Part shown: in pieces, positions 19,112 through 28,974 of the stretch
Numbering within the stretch: position 1 is the first letter of the stretch
Layout of the letters: every line of letters begins with the position of its first letter
NCBI GenBank assembly: GCA_963678025.2
Contig: CAXXPC010000033.1
Span: 7,661 to 71,660, forward strand
Length of the DNA: 64,000 bases
Reading direction: 5' to 3'
Source of the DNA: Bacteroidales bacterium
Lineage (GTDB): Bacteria > Bacteroidota > Bacteroidia > Bacteroidales > UBA932
The notes under the pieces: generated by a model
The model's input: only the letters and a program-made list of their open reading frames with translations
Told to the model about the DNA's origin: nothing
Database searches by the model: none
Position numbers and translations under genes: made by a program

Positions 19112-19482
19112 TTGAACGCCGAAGTTTGTGGTAAATGTCTGTTGGATAGGTGTTTGTAGAAATATAGTTTTTTGATGTGGACATTGATGTGACCTTTTCA
19201 AAAATATCTGTATTTCTGTAAGTAGAACAAGGAGAGGGCTTTACCAGAAAGAACGGCGTTGAATTGAACGCCGAAGTTTGTGGTAAATGTCTGTTGGATA
19301 GGTGTTTGTAGAAATATAGTTTTTTGATGTGGACATTGATGTGGCCTTTTCAAAAATAACTGTATTTCTGTAAGTAGAACAAGAATAGAGCTTTACCAGA
19401 AAGAAAGGCGTTGAATTGAAGAAGAGGGTTTTGCCAGAAAGAAAGGCGTTGAATTGAACGTGCCAGAAAGAAAGGTGTTGAA
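19112..19482. repeat. Two tandem 152-bp family B REPIN-like elements plus two extra right ends, upstream of the RAYT
   Basis: Units 19112-19263 and 19264-19415 (ttgaacgccgaagtttgtggtaa ... ttaccagaaagaaMggcgttgaa); extra ends at 19431-19453 and 19460-19482. Confidence 0.9.
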
Positions 19483-19537
19483 AAAAGCCTGTGGCGGTTG
19501 TGCTACAGGCTTTTGAGTTTTAAATGTGTTGTGCAAT

Positions 19538-19935
19538 TGTTCTGGTGCCGGCGTGTTGTTCTGGTGCCGGCGTGTTGTTCTGATGCCGGCGTGTTGTTCT
19601 GGTGCCGGCGTGTTGTTCTGATGCCGGCGTGTTGTTCTGGTGCCGGCGTGTTGTTCTGGTGCCGGCGTGTTGGTGTGCAGCCGGCGTGTTGTTCTGATGC
19701 CGGCGTGTTGTTCTGGTGCCGGCGTGTTGTTCTGGTGCCGGCGTGTTGTTCTGATGCCGGCGTGTTGTTCTGGTGCCGGCGTGTTGGTGTGCAGCCGGCG
19801 TGTTGGTGTGCAGCCGGTGTGTTGTTCTGGTGCCGGTGTGTTGGTGCGATGCCGGTGTGTTGGTGCGATGTTGGTGTGTTGGTGCGATGTTGGCGTGTTG
19901 GTGTGCAGCCGGCTGGTTTGTTCGCCGGCTGGTGG
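19538..19935. repeat. GC-rich 19-bp minisatellite (tgttctgRtgccggcgtgt), degenerating towards nqrF
   Basis: Roughly 20 head-to-tail units with no spacers; variant unit tggtgtgcagccggcgtgt. Confidence 0.92.
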
Positions 19936-21183
19936 TTAGCCGCCGAAGTCGTCGAAGGCGATGTTTTCTTCGGGAACGCCGAGGTTGTCGAGCGTGGTTG
20001 TGACTGCGCTGTTCATCATCGGAGGGCCGCAGAGGTAATACTCTATGTCTTCGGGTGTCTCGTGTTTGCTCAGGTAGTTGTCGAGGAGTACCTGGTGGAT
20101 AAAGCCGGTGGGGCCGTCCCAGTTGTCTTCGGGCTTAGGTTCGCTGAGCGCGAGGTGGAAGGTGAAGTTGGGGAATTCTTTTTCTATTTCGCGGAATTCC
20201 TCTGCGTAGAATACTTCACGCAGTGAGCGGGCGCCGTACCAGAAGCTGACTTTGCGGTTGGTTTTCTCTGTTTTGAACAGGTGGAATATGTGTGAACGCA
20301 TCGGTGCCATTCCGGCTCCTCCTCCTACAAATACGATTTCGTTGTCGGTATCTTTGATGAAGAATTCTCCGTAAGGTCCTGAGATGGTCACTTTGTCGCC
20401 GGGTTTGCGTGAGAAGATGTAGGATGAGCAGACTCCGGGGTTGACGTTCATGAAGGTGCCTTTTTTCCTGTCCCATGGTGGTGTGGCTATGCGGATGTTG
20501 AGCATGATGATATTGCCTTCTGCCGGATGGTTGGCCATCGAGTAGGCGCGGAAGGTGTGCTCTTTGTTTTTCATGTTGAGGTTCCAGATGTTCATTTTGT
20601 CCCAGTCTTCACGGAATTCGGGATTGACTTCGATATCTTTTGAGTAGTCTACTTCGCATGGCGGGATATCTATCTGGATGTAGCCTCCTGATCGGAAGTC
20701 AAGGTTTTCTCCTTGAGGCAGTTTAACCACGAATTCTTTGATGAATGTGGCTACGTTGTTGTTGCTCACAACTTCACACTCCCATTTCTTGATGCCCATC
20801 ACCTCTTTGGGAACTTCTATTTCAATATCTTCCCTTATTTTGACCTGGCATCCGAGGCGCCATTGGTTTTGCTGTTGTTTGCGGGTGAAGAAGCCTACTT
20901 CGGTGGGAAGGATTTCTCCTCCTCCTGAAATGACTCTGCACTTGCACATTCCGCAGGTACCGCCTCCTCCGCATGCGGAAGGGAGGAAGATTTTGTTCTC
21001 GGAAAGTGTATTGAGGATGTTGCCTCCTGGTGAAACCTCAAGTTCTTTTTCTCCGTTTATTGTGAGTTTGACTTTTCCCTGTGGGGTGAGTTTTGCCTTT
21101 GCGTAGAGCAGGAGTGCAACCAGTATCAGGATTACAACAAGGAAGGCGAGTATCGATAATATTGTAACTGTTGTGAGATTCAT
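19936..21183 (-). CDS. nqrF: Na(+)-translocating NADH:quinone oxidoreductase subunit F
   Basis: [14 protein letters not shown] [2Fe-2S], [28 protein letters not shown] and C-terminal DDFGG. Confidence 0.98.
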   Translation of the reverse strand: MNLTTVTILSILAFLVVILILVALLLYAKAKLTPQGKVKLTINGEKELEVSPGGNILNTLSENKIFLPSACGGGGTCGMCKCRVISGGGEILPTEVGFFTRKQQQNQWRLGCQVKIREDIEIEVPKEVMGIKKWECEVVSNNNVATFIKEFVVKLPQGENLDFRSGGYIQIDIPPCEVDYSKDIEVNPEFREDWDKMNIWNLNMKNKEHTFRAYSMANHPAEGNIIMLNIRIATPPWDRKKGTFMNVNPGVCSSYIFSRKPGDKVTISGPYGEFFIKDTDNEIVFVGGGAGMAPMRSHIFHLFKTEKTNRKVSFWYGARSLREVFYAEEFREIEKEFPNFTFHLALSEPKPEDNWDGPTGFIHQVLLDNYLSKHETPEDIEYYLCGPPMMNSAVTTTLDNLGVPEENIAFDDFGG

Positions 21184-21245
21184 AATGTTCTGCTAGTGTT
21201 GTTTGCCATTATTTCCTAAAATTTTGAGCTGTTGACTTGTGTCAA

Positions 21246-21448
21246 GTCTTGGGTCATGTATCTGTGACAAGTATCTGGGTCGTGTGTTTGGGTCATGTGT
21301 TTCTGACAAGTATCTGGGTCGTGTGTTTGGGTCATGTATTTGGGACGAGTATTTGAGTCATGTATCTGTGACAAGTATCTGGGTCGTGTGTTTGGGTCAT
21401 GTATTTGGGACGAGTATCTGGGTCGTGTGTTTGGGTCATGTGTTTGGG
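21246..21448. repeat. ~38-bp degenerate tandem repeat between nqrE and nqrF
   Basis: gtatctgggtcgtgtgtttgggtcatgt recurs four times among related subunits. Confidence 0.88.
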
Positions 21449-21509
21449 GCTGTTAGTTTGTTTTGATGTGCATTTTGCTGCTTTGGTATTATGAGCTGCT
21501 TAGGTATTA

Positions 21510-22127
21510 TCAGAGTTTGATGCCCATGAAGCTCATGAAGGCGATGCCCATCAGTCCTACTACGATGAAGGTGATGCCGAGGCCTCGTAAGGGGGCGGGG
21601 ACATTGGAGTAGGAGAGTTTTTCGCGGATGGCTGCCAGTGCAACTATTGCAAGGAACCAGCCGAGTCCGGAGCCGAGTCCGAAGACTGTAGCTTCTGCAA
21701 GGGTTTCGTAGCCTCTCTCCTGCATGAAGAGGGATCCTCCGAGGATTGCGCAGTTTACGGCGATCAGGGGGAGGAATATTCCGAGTGAGGAGTAGAGTCC
21801 GGGTGAGAATTTCTCCACGACCATCTCTACCAGCTGTACCATTGAGGCTATTACTGCTATGAAGAGTATGAAACTGAGGAAGCTGAGGTCTATGCCGGCA
21901 TATTCGGGGTTGATCCATGCGAGTGCGCCGGGGGAGAGTATGTATTTGTTAAGCAGAAAGTTGGCGGGAAGGGTAACTCCCAGTACGAATATTACTGCGA
22001 GACCGAGGCCTACTGCTGTTTTTATGTTTTTGGATACTGCGAGGTATGAACACATTCCCAGGAAATATGCAAATACCATGTTGTCTACAAAGATAGACTT
22101 TACGAATAAGCTTATTAATTCTTGCAT
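21510..22127 (-). CDS. nqrE: Na(+)-NQR subunit E
   Basis: [30 protein letters not shown] and [12 protein letters not shown]. Confidence 0.97.
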   Translation of the reverse strand: MQELISLFVKSIFVDNMVFAYFLGMCSYLAVSKNIKTAVGLGLAVIFVLGVTLPANFLLNKYILSPGALAWINPEYAGIDLSFLSFILFIAVIASMVQLVEMVVEKFSPGLYSSLGIFLPLIAVNCAILGGSLFMQERGYETLAEATVFGLGSGLGWFLAIVALAAIREKLSYSNVPAPLRGLGITFIVVGLMGIAFMSFMGIKL

Positions 22128-22139
22128 TGCTGTAATGTG

Positions 22140-22763
22140 TTAGTTTTCTTCAATCAACTCTTTTTGTATGCTTCTTTGGACCCAGATGAATATGCCCACA
22201 AGTATTAGTGCCATTGGGGGAAGGATGAAGAGTCCGTTGTTTTCGTAGAATCCTCCGTTTTTGATGTACCATCCTGCGGGGATTATCTGGTAGCCGAGGA
22301 GGGTGCCGGAGCCGAAGAGTTCGCGGAAGAATGCTACTGCAACAAGGATAATCCCGTAGCCGAGGCCGTTGGCAATTCCGTCTACAAAGGCGGGAAGTGG
22401 CTTGTTGCCAAGTGCAAAGGCTTCAATACGTCCCATTATGATGCAGTTGGTGATGATGAGTCCCACGAACACAGAGAGCTGTTTGCTTACTTCGTATGCA
22501 AAGGCTTTGAGTACCTGGTCTACCAGTATCACCAGCATCGCTACTATCACAAGCTGGACTATTATCCTGATCCTATTGGGGATGGTTGTTCTTATTAGTG
22601 AGACAATTGCCTCGGAAAGACCAAGCACGATTGTGACTGAGAGAGTCATCACCAGTGCAGGCTCCAGTTTGACTGTTACGGCAAGGGCGGAACATATGCC
22701 GAGCACCAGAACCGAAACGGGGTTGTTTTTAAACAGGGGTTCTATAAATATCTTTTTGTCCAT
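22140..22763 (-). CDS. nqrD: Na(+)-NQR subunit D
   Basis: NNP...[11 protein letters not shown] and [20 protein letters not shown]. Confidence 0.97.
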   Translation of the reverse strand: MDKKIFIEPLFKNNPVSVLVLGICSALAVTVKLEPALVMTLSVTIVLGLSEAIVSLIRTTIPNRIRIIVQLVIVAMLVILVDQVLKAFAYEVSKQLSVFVGLIITNCIIMGRIEAFALGNKPLPAFVDGIANGLGYGIILVAVAFFRELFGSGTLLGYQIIPAGWYIKNGGFYENNGLFILPPMALILVGIFIWVQRSIQKELIEEN

Positions 22764-22767
22764 TGCT

Positions 22768-23427
22768 CTATCTGTTTTCTAGTTTGGTTTTGAAGAAGTT
22801 GAGGTATTCGCCGATGTCTGTGCGTATCATCTCTTCTACTGCCTGGGAGGTGATTGTTCCTCCTGATATGGCATCTACTTCGTGGGGGTTGCCTTCGCGG
22901 GCTCCTCCTTTGACTATACTGATGGAGAGAAATTTGCCGTTCTGATCGAATATCTGCTTTCCTGAAAATTGTTCGTAGAAGCCGGGGGTGGTGATCTCTG
23001 CACCGAGGCCGGGTGTTTCGCTCTTGTGGTCAAAGACGGCTCCGTGTATTGTGTTGTAGTCTTCTTCAAGGGAGATGTATCCCCATACGGGACCCCACAG
23101 GCCTGTTCCTTCCATCGGTATCACATAGTAGGTGTTTCCGTCACTCTTGTTACAAACGTAAAGTACCTTCTCTTCTCCGTCTGCGGTGATTGAGGAGTCT
23201 GTGATGAATTGTGCGTATTGTTCTTCTATGTAGGTGGCTTTGTCGGGGGCTTCTGATGCTTCCTGTGCCAGGTGTACCGAACGGAGTATCATCTGTTTTC
23301 TCTCTGTCTCTACATTCCTTTGCTGCCTCTCTTTAAGAAGTGATGCTGCAAAGGCGAGTATGACTGCTACCACTACTACCATAACGGTAGCGTATATTAT
23401 TGTGTATAGGTTGTTGTTGGTATCCAT
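22768..23427 (-). CDS. nqrC: Na(+)-NQR subunit C
   Basis: [21 protein letters not shown] and FMN site [11 protein letters not shown]. Confidence 0.96.
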   Translation of the reverse strand: MDTNNNLYTIIYATVMVVVVAVILAFAASLLKERQQRNVETERKQMILRSVHLAQEASEAPDKATYIEEQYAQFITDSSITADGEEKVLYVCNKSDGNTYYVIPMEGTGLWGPVWGYISLEEDYNTIHGAVFDHKSETPGLGAEITTPGFYEQFSGKQIFDQNGKFLSISIVKGGAREGNPHEVDAISGGTITSQAVEEMIRTDIGEYLNFFKTKLENR

Positions 23428-23437
23428 CTTTTCTTCT

Positions 23438-24595
23438 CTATTTAATGACAGCTCTTTTTAATCTTCTCTTGACGTTTTTCTGCACTACGATGTGGTCTAT
23501 GAGTGGTGCGAAGGTGTTCATCAGCAGTATGGCAAGCATCATTCCTTCGGGATATCCGGGGTTGAATACTCTTATAGTGACTGCGAGGAGTCCTATGAGG
23601 AAACCGTAGATCCATTTGCCTCTGTCTGTCTGTGCGGCTGAGACGGGGTCGGTGGCCATGAAGACTGTACCGAAGGCGAATCCTCCCATAACCAGATGGT
23701 TCCAAGCCGGGATGGCTAGGTAGGAGTCTGGGGAGGGGGCGAGGAGATTGAGGAGGAGGCCTGTGAAGAGTGCTCCTGCTATTACGCTAGTCATTATCTT
23801 CCAACTGCCTATTCCGGTGTATATGAGGAGTGCTGCTCCAAGGAGTATGGCTATTGTAGATGTTTCTCCTACCGAGCCTGGAATTGTGCCAAGGAACATA
23901 TCCATAAAGGAGGGAATATCTCCTCCCAGTTGTGCGTTGGCCAGTGGTGTGGCTCCTGAGAAGCCGTCTACAAAGCTCTCTCCGCTTCGTAATCCTGCTA
24001 TCCATACGTTGTCTCCGGACATGTAGGAGGGGTAGGCAAAGAAGGCGAAGGCTCTGGCGAGCAGTGCGGGGTTCCAGATGTTCATGCCGGTTCCTCCGAA
24101 TACCTCTTTACCGATGATCACGGAGAATGCTACTGCAAGTGCGAGCATCCAAAGGGGAAGTGAAACGGGCATCACCAGAGGGATGAGTATCCCTGTAACG
24201 AGGTAGCCTTCGTTTACTTCGTGGCCGCGTATCTGTGCGGAGGCGAATTCAATTCCCAGGCCTACACCGTATGATACGACGAGCATTGGAAGGACTCTCC
24301 AGAAGCCGAAGAAGAAGGTTTGCCAGAAGTTCATCTCTGCACCTGTGGCCAGTGAGTATTGGTGGCCGGTGTTCCACATTCCGAAAAGCATGGCGGGTAC
24401 AAGGGCCATGATTACCATGGTCATGGTGCGTTTGAGGTCTATGCTGTCTTTGATGTGTGTTCCTTTCGCTGAAACGGTGTCGGGGACGAAGAGGAAGGTT
24501 TCAAATGCATCGAAAGTGGAGTGCAGAAAACTGAGCTTGCCTCCCTCGCTGAATGTGGGTTTGATTTTATCTACTATATTTCTTAATGCTTTCAT
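23438..24595 (-). CDS. nqrB: Na(+)-NQR subunit B
   Basis: DLKRTM, KEVFGGTGMNIWNPAL, FMN site DGFSGATPL and FMATDPVS. Confidence 0.97.
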   Translation of the reverse strand: MKALRNIVDKIKPTFSEGGKLSFLHSTFDAFETFLFVPDTVSAKGTHIKDSIDLKRTMTMVIMALVPAMLFGMWNTGHQYSLATGAEMNFWQTFFFGFWRVLPMLVVSYGVGLGIEFASAQIRGHEVNEGYLVTGILIPLVMPVSLPLWMLALAVAFSVIIGKEVFGGTGMNIWNPALLARAFAFFAYPSYMSGDNVWIAGLRSGESFVDGFSGATPLANAQLGGDIPSFMDMFLGTIPGSVGETSTIAILLGAALLIYTGIGSWKIMTSVIAGALFTGLLLNLLAPSPDSYLAIPAWNHLVMGGFAFGTVFMATDPVSAAQTDRGKWIYGFLIGLLAVTIRVFNPGYPEGMMLAILLMNTFAPLIDHIVVQKNVKRRLKRAVIK

Positions 24596-24607
24596 CTCGT
24601 TTGGTAA

Positions 24608-25975
24608 TTAAGACATTTCTTTGATCATGAGTTCTATGCCCTCTGATACTATTTTTTGTATCTCTGTTTTGGAGGGACATACGAATTCGCAGAGTGCGAG
24701 GTCTTCTTCGATGATTTCGTATATGCCGAGAGCTTCCATTTTGTCAATATCCTGTGCCATTATGGCTTTCAGAAGGTGCATGGGATATATGTCCATGGGT
24801 AGTACTTTTTCATAGACTCCTGTCATAACGAGTGCTCTCTCTCCTCCATTGAGATTGGTGTCCAGGGAGTATCTTTTTTTGGGAAGCAGCCATGAAAAAT
24901 AGGAGCGTGATGTGCTGAACTTCTTTGTCCTGAAGGGTTTGATCCAGCCGAACATTTCGTGGTATTTTCCTTCGCTCAAAAGTGTTATCTGGTTATGGAA
25001 GAATCCTAAGTAGCCGTTCTCTCCGATATTGTCTCCGGTGAGTGCGTTACCGCTGATGTATCTTACGGGAAGGTTCTCTTTTGGGTCGGGAGCAACGAAC
25101 TCTTTGATGTGTGTCATGCTCATGCCCGGTATGGTGTCTATGTAGGCTGGGTCTTTGGCTCTGGGGCCGGTGACTGCTACGAGGCGACGCAGGTCGTATA
25201 TGCCTTTGGTGAAGAGTTTACCAATTGCTACCAGTGAGTAGAGGTCTATTGTCCAGGCAATCTCTCCTTTGTTTATGGGGCTAATGTGGTGTATCTGCAC
25301 ACCGGGGTTTCCTGCAGGGTGCGGGCCGTCTATTGTGTGTATGACTGTTTTGTCGAGCCTGTGCAGGGGTGAGCCTGCGTAGTCGGAGTGGTGTAGTGTG
25401 AGGTGTACCCCGCCTGCTGTAAGTTTATTGAGTACCTCTATTCCGGTCTGTATGTTTTCTGTCTCTTTTTTGAGTGTGAAGTTGAAATCGGCTGCGAGAG
25501 GGGCGGAGTCGAAGCCTGAGATGAAGATGGCTTTCGGTTTGACGGATGGGTCGGGGATAGTACCGTATGGTCTCTGCTTGAAGGCTGCCCAGAGCCCGCT
25601 TTTCATAAGAATTTCTGTGATTTTTTGTGCCGGGGCTGTGCGGAAGTCGGGAGTCTCGAATTTAAGGTATTCAATCTCGGGAGTGGCCTCTATTGTGACT
25701 GCAAGTAGTTTCCGCTTTGGTCCTCTTACTATCTCTTTGATTTTTCCGCTTACCGGCGAACAGAGTTGGATTTCGGGACGTTTTTTGTCTTGCAGTATGG
25801 GTGTGCCTGCTTTCACCTCTGCACCCTCTTTGACCAGAAGTCCGGGGTAGAACGCTTTGAAATCTGTTGGCTTTACCGCTGCAATATCCGGGGATATGCT
25901 CTTTGTAACGGAGGGCTGTGCTTCTCCCTTGAGTGGAATATTGAGCCCTTTACGTATTCGAATTTGGTTTGACAT
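24608..25975 (-). CDS. nqrA: Na(+)-NQR subunit A
   Basis: [20 protein letters not shown] and [14 protein letters not shown]. Confidence 0.97.
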   Translation of the reverse strand: MSNQIRIRKGLNIPLKGEAQPSVTKSISPDIAAVKPTDFKAFYPGLLVKEGAEVKAGTPILQDKKRPEIQLCSPVSGKIKEIVRGPKRKLLAVTIEATPEIEYLKFETPDFRTAPAQKITEILMKSGLWAAFKQRPYGTIPDPSVKPKAIFISGFDSAPLAADFNFTLKKETENIQTGIEVLNKLTAGGVHLTLHHSDYAGSPLHRLDKTVIHTIDGPHPAGNPGVQIHHISPINKGEIAWTIDLYSLVAIGKLFTKGIYDLRRLVAVTGPRAKDPAYIDTIPGMSMTHIKEFVAPDPKENLPVRYISGNALTGDNIGENGYLGFFHNQITLLSEGKYHEMFGWIKPFRTKKFSTSRSYFSWLLPKKRYSLDTNLNGGERALVMTGVYEKVLPMDIYPMHLLKAIMAQDIDKMEALGIYEIIEEDLALCEFVCPSKTEIQKIVSEGIELMIKEMS

Positions 25976-25996
25976 TATATTTCAAATATTTTGCCG

Positions 25997-26023
25997 CAAA
26001 GATACACAATATTTGTAATTTTG
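25997..26023. promoter_or_regulatory. Divergent -7 boxes for the nqr operon (-) and the helicase (+)
   Basis: caaagata at 25997-26004 and taattttg at 26016-26023. Confidence 0.55.
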
Positions 26024-26029
26024 CGGATA

Positions 26030-28456
26030 ATGAAGAGAGAAAATTCTACTATAACGGAGGGGTTGAATGCTGCTCAAAAAGAAGCGGTTGAAGAGTTTGA
26101 AGGGCCCTCACTGATAATTGCAGGAGCTGGTTCGGGTAAAACCCGGGTGCTCACTTGCAGGATAGCTAACATTTTGAAACATGGACACAGAGCCTCTTCG
26201 GTTCTTGCTCTCACTTTTACAAATAAGGCTTCGAAGGAGATGAAGGAGAGGATCGCGACGATGGTGGGGACGGGATAATGCCCGCTATTTGTGGATGGGT
26301 ACTTTCCACTCTGTTTTCATAAGGTTTTTGAGGGAGGATGCGGGCTTATTGGGTTCCCATCTTCTTTCACGATTTATGACAAGTCGGATTCGAGGAGTGC
26401 TGTGCGGAATTGTATACGGGAGCTTAACCTGGATGAGAAGATGTATAAGCCGGCAGATGTTCTTTCGCGTATCTCGATGGCGAAGAATAATTTGATAACT
26501 CCCGGGGCATATCTTAATAATGCTGCTTTGATGCAGAATGACGCTGTGGCGAGAAAGCCCAGGGTGGGTGAAATTTATGCTCTGTATCACAAACGGTGCA
26601 AGCAGGCCGGAGCGATGGATTTTGATGATATTTTGCTCTATGCCAATGTTTTGCTGAGGGATTTTCCGGAGGTGCTGGAGAAGTTGCAGAGCAGGTTTAG
26701 TTTTATTCTTGTGGATGAGTATCAGGATACCAATTTTGCTCAGTATCTTATTGTTAAGAAGTTGGCGATGAATCACGGCAATCTTTGTGTCGTGGGTGAT
26801 GATGCTCAGAGTATTTATGCTTTCAGGGTGCAAGGATTGAGAATATCCTGAATTTTCGGAAAGATTTCCCGGCTGCGAAGGAGTTTCGTCTGGAGCAGAA
26901 TTATCGCTCTACCAGTACTATTGTGAGTGCTGCCAATTCTTTGATAGCAAGAAATGAGAGGCAGTTGAAGAAGGAGTGTTTCTCGGCTGCGGGTGAGGGG
27001 GAAAAGATAGAGGTGATGAAAGCTTATACGGATCAGGAGGAGTCTTTTTTGGTGGCATCTTCCATTTTTACTAAGATGTTCAAGGAGAAGGCTGCCTATA
27101 AAGATTTTGCTGTTTTGTACAGGACTAATGCCCAGTCTCGTGCAGTGGAGGAGGCTTTACGTAAGAGGGGTGTCCCTTATCGTATTTATGGGGGAAATTC
27201 TTTTTATGACAGGGCGGAGATAAAGGATTTGATGGCTTATATGCGTCTTTTGGTGAATCCTAAGGACGATGAGGCTTTTAAAGGGTTGTGAATGTGCCGG
27301 CTCGTGGAATAGGGGCTACTTCTGTAGGGTATCTCTCCTCTGCGGCAGCATCTGCTGAGCTCTCTCTGTGGGAGGCTTTTCATACCGGGGATACTGAGAG
27401 TTTCGGCCTTAAAAATGCTGCGAGAAACAAGATTGCTGCGTTTTGTAATATGATAAGTGAGTGTGCGTCAAAGGTAAAGAGTCTGAATGCTTATGATATT
27501 GCTATGGAGGTGTTTATATCGAGTGGCTATGCTACTGCTTTGAAAAGTGATTCGTCTGTAGAGGGGCAGTCGAGGGCTGAGAATGTGGAGGAACTGTTTA
27601 ATTCTTTGAAGTCTTTTGTCGAGGAGAAAGAGGCGGATTATGAGGCTGATTCTGGCGGTGGAGTTTTTGTGGATGCTTCTGAGGGTGCTTCTGAGGGTGC
27701 TGCTGGCTTTTCTGAAACTTTGGGGCCTGCTTACTATCTGGGCGATTATCTTGAGACGATTTCTTTGATGAGTGCGATTGATGAGGGAGAGGGTGAAGAC
27801 GACAATAATAAGGTGAGTCTCATGACGGTGCATTCGGCTAAAGGGCTAGAGTTTGCTCACGTATATATAATAGGTATGGAGGAAAATCTATTTCCTTCTG
27901 TTAATAGTTCAAGCAGTGATGCTGAGATTGAGGAGGAGAGGCGGCTGATGTATGTAGCTGTAACGAGGGCGAAGAAAAGTGTGAATCTATCTTATGCCCA
28001 GAGTCGTTTTCGTTGGGGGACTCAGGTGAATTATCCTCCTAGCCGTTTTTTGCGTGAGATTGATAAGAGGTATCTTGATTGGCCGGATGCTGCTGTAGGA
28101 ACAGGTGTAGGCGGGCTGCAGGCAGGTGTGCCTTCCGGCAGTTCGTGGGGCAGGTCGTTTGGTGGTTCGTCTCGCAGTTCGTCCGGTGGGATTCCTTCGA
28201 ATGGCTCTTCTGCTGCTTCTGCTCCTTTTCGTAAGAAGAGTTCCTATACTCCTCCAAAGCCTCCGAATCCGAATTTTCAGGCCGATCCTGTTTCCCGGCT
28301 TAAAAAGGGACAGAGAGTGGAACATGATCGTTTTGGTTATGGGTGTATTTTGAATATTGAGGGAGATCCTTTGAATCTTAAAGCTATAGTGGAGTTCGAC
28401 GAGGGTGGAAAGAGGTTTTGCTGTTGAAGTTTGCAAAGTTGAGAGTGGTGGAGTAG
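26030..28456 (+). CDS. UvrD/PcrA-family DNA helicase, split by ~5 single-base indels (probably assembly errors)
   Basis: [58 protein letters not shown] and [14 protein letters not shown] motifs across consecutive frames. Confidence 0.9.
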
Positions 28457-28469
28457 TTTTTGTGATTTT

Positions 28470-28486
28470 TTGGCATACTATTTGTA
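28470..28486 (+). promoter_or_regulatory. Putative sigma54 (-24/-12) promoter, copy 1
   Basis: TTGGCATACTATTTGTA versus consensus TGGCAC-N5-TTGCW. Confidence 0.65.
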
Positions 28487-28496
28487 TAATATTATT

Positions 28497-28601
28497 ATGA
28501 AGTTTTTCATAGTTTAAGTTTAGGTTAAGTAGTGGGGTTTTATCCGTCTGGATAAGGCCTCATGAAGTTTTAAGGGAGTCGTTTCTTTCGGCTCTTTTTT
28601 T
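28497..28601 (+). ncRNA. Putative small RNA, copy 1
   Basis: 69-nt core shared with copy 2, internal hairpin, terminator gggagtcg...cggctctttttt. Confidence 0.65.
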
Positions 28602-28705
28602 GCATTATGTGATGTATTAATAGTTGTTATTAATTTGTGTTTATTATTGATGTGATATTATAATTAGTTAGTTTTATGTAAATTTAGCTTATTGAAAAAC
28701 AAGAT

Positions 28706-28731
28706 GTTGTTAAATTACCCGTTGGATGCAG
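28706..28731. repeat. Family C dispersed repeat
   Basis: gttgttaaattacccgttggatgcag. Confidence 0.75.
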
Positions 28732-28747
28732 AGAGTTGTGGTGTGGT

Positions 28748-28764
28748 TTGGCACGCAATTTGTA
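28748..28764 (+). promoter_or_regulatory. Putative sigma54 (-24/-12) promoter, copy 2
   Basis: TTGGCACGCAATTTGTA, near consensus, same spacing to the RNA core as copy 1. Confidence 0.72.
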
Positions 28765-28774
28765 ATTTATTTAG

Positions 28775-28887
28775 GTGAAGTTTTTCATAGTTTAAGTTTA
28801 GGTTAAGTAGTGAGGTTTTATCCGTATGGATAGGGCCTCATGAAATTTAAAGGGGTTCCTGACTTTTGAGTCGGGAACCCCTTTTTT
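28775..28887 (+). ncRNA. Putative small RNA, copy 2
   Basis: Core 28776-28844 matches 28498-28566 at 66 of 69 nt; terminator aggggttcctgact-tttg-agtcgggaaccccttttt. Confidence 0.65.
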
Positions 28888-28909
28888 ATTATTGCTTGAT
28901 TTTGTGTAT

Positions 28910-28962
28910 GTTGTTAATTTATCCGTTGGATGCAGCGGGGATGCAGCGGGGATGCAGCGGGG
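28910..28962. repeat. Family C repeat followed by a gatgcagcggg tandem repeat x3
   Basis: gttgttaatttatccgttggatgcag then repeated cggggatgcag. Confidence 0.75.
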
Positions 28963-28974
28963 GGCAGAGGGGGG

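Noticed and set aside
19538..19935. CRISPR array
   Set aside because: Units are head-to-tail with no unique spacers, and there are no cas genes in the window.
19498..20226. Cys-rich ORFs on + (242, 99 and 76 aa)
   Set aside because: They are read-throughs of the stop-free minisatellite, partly antisense to nqrF.
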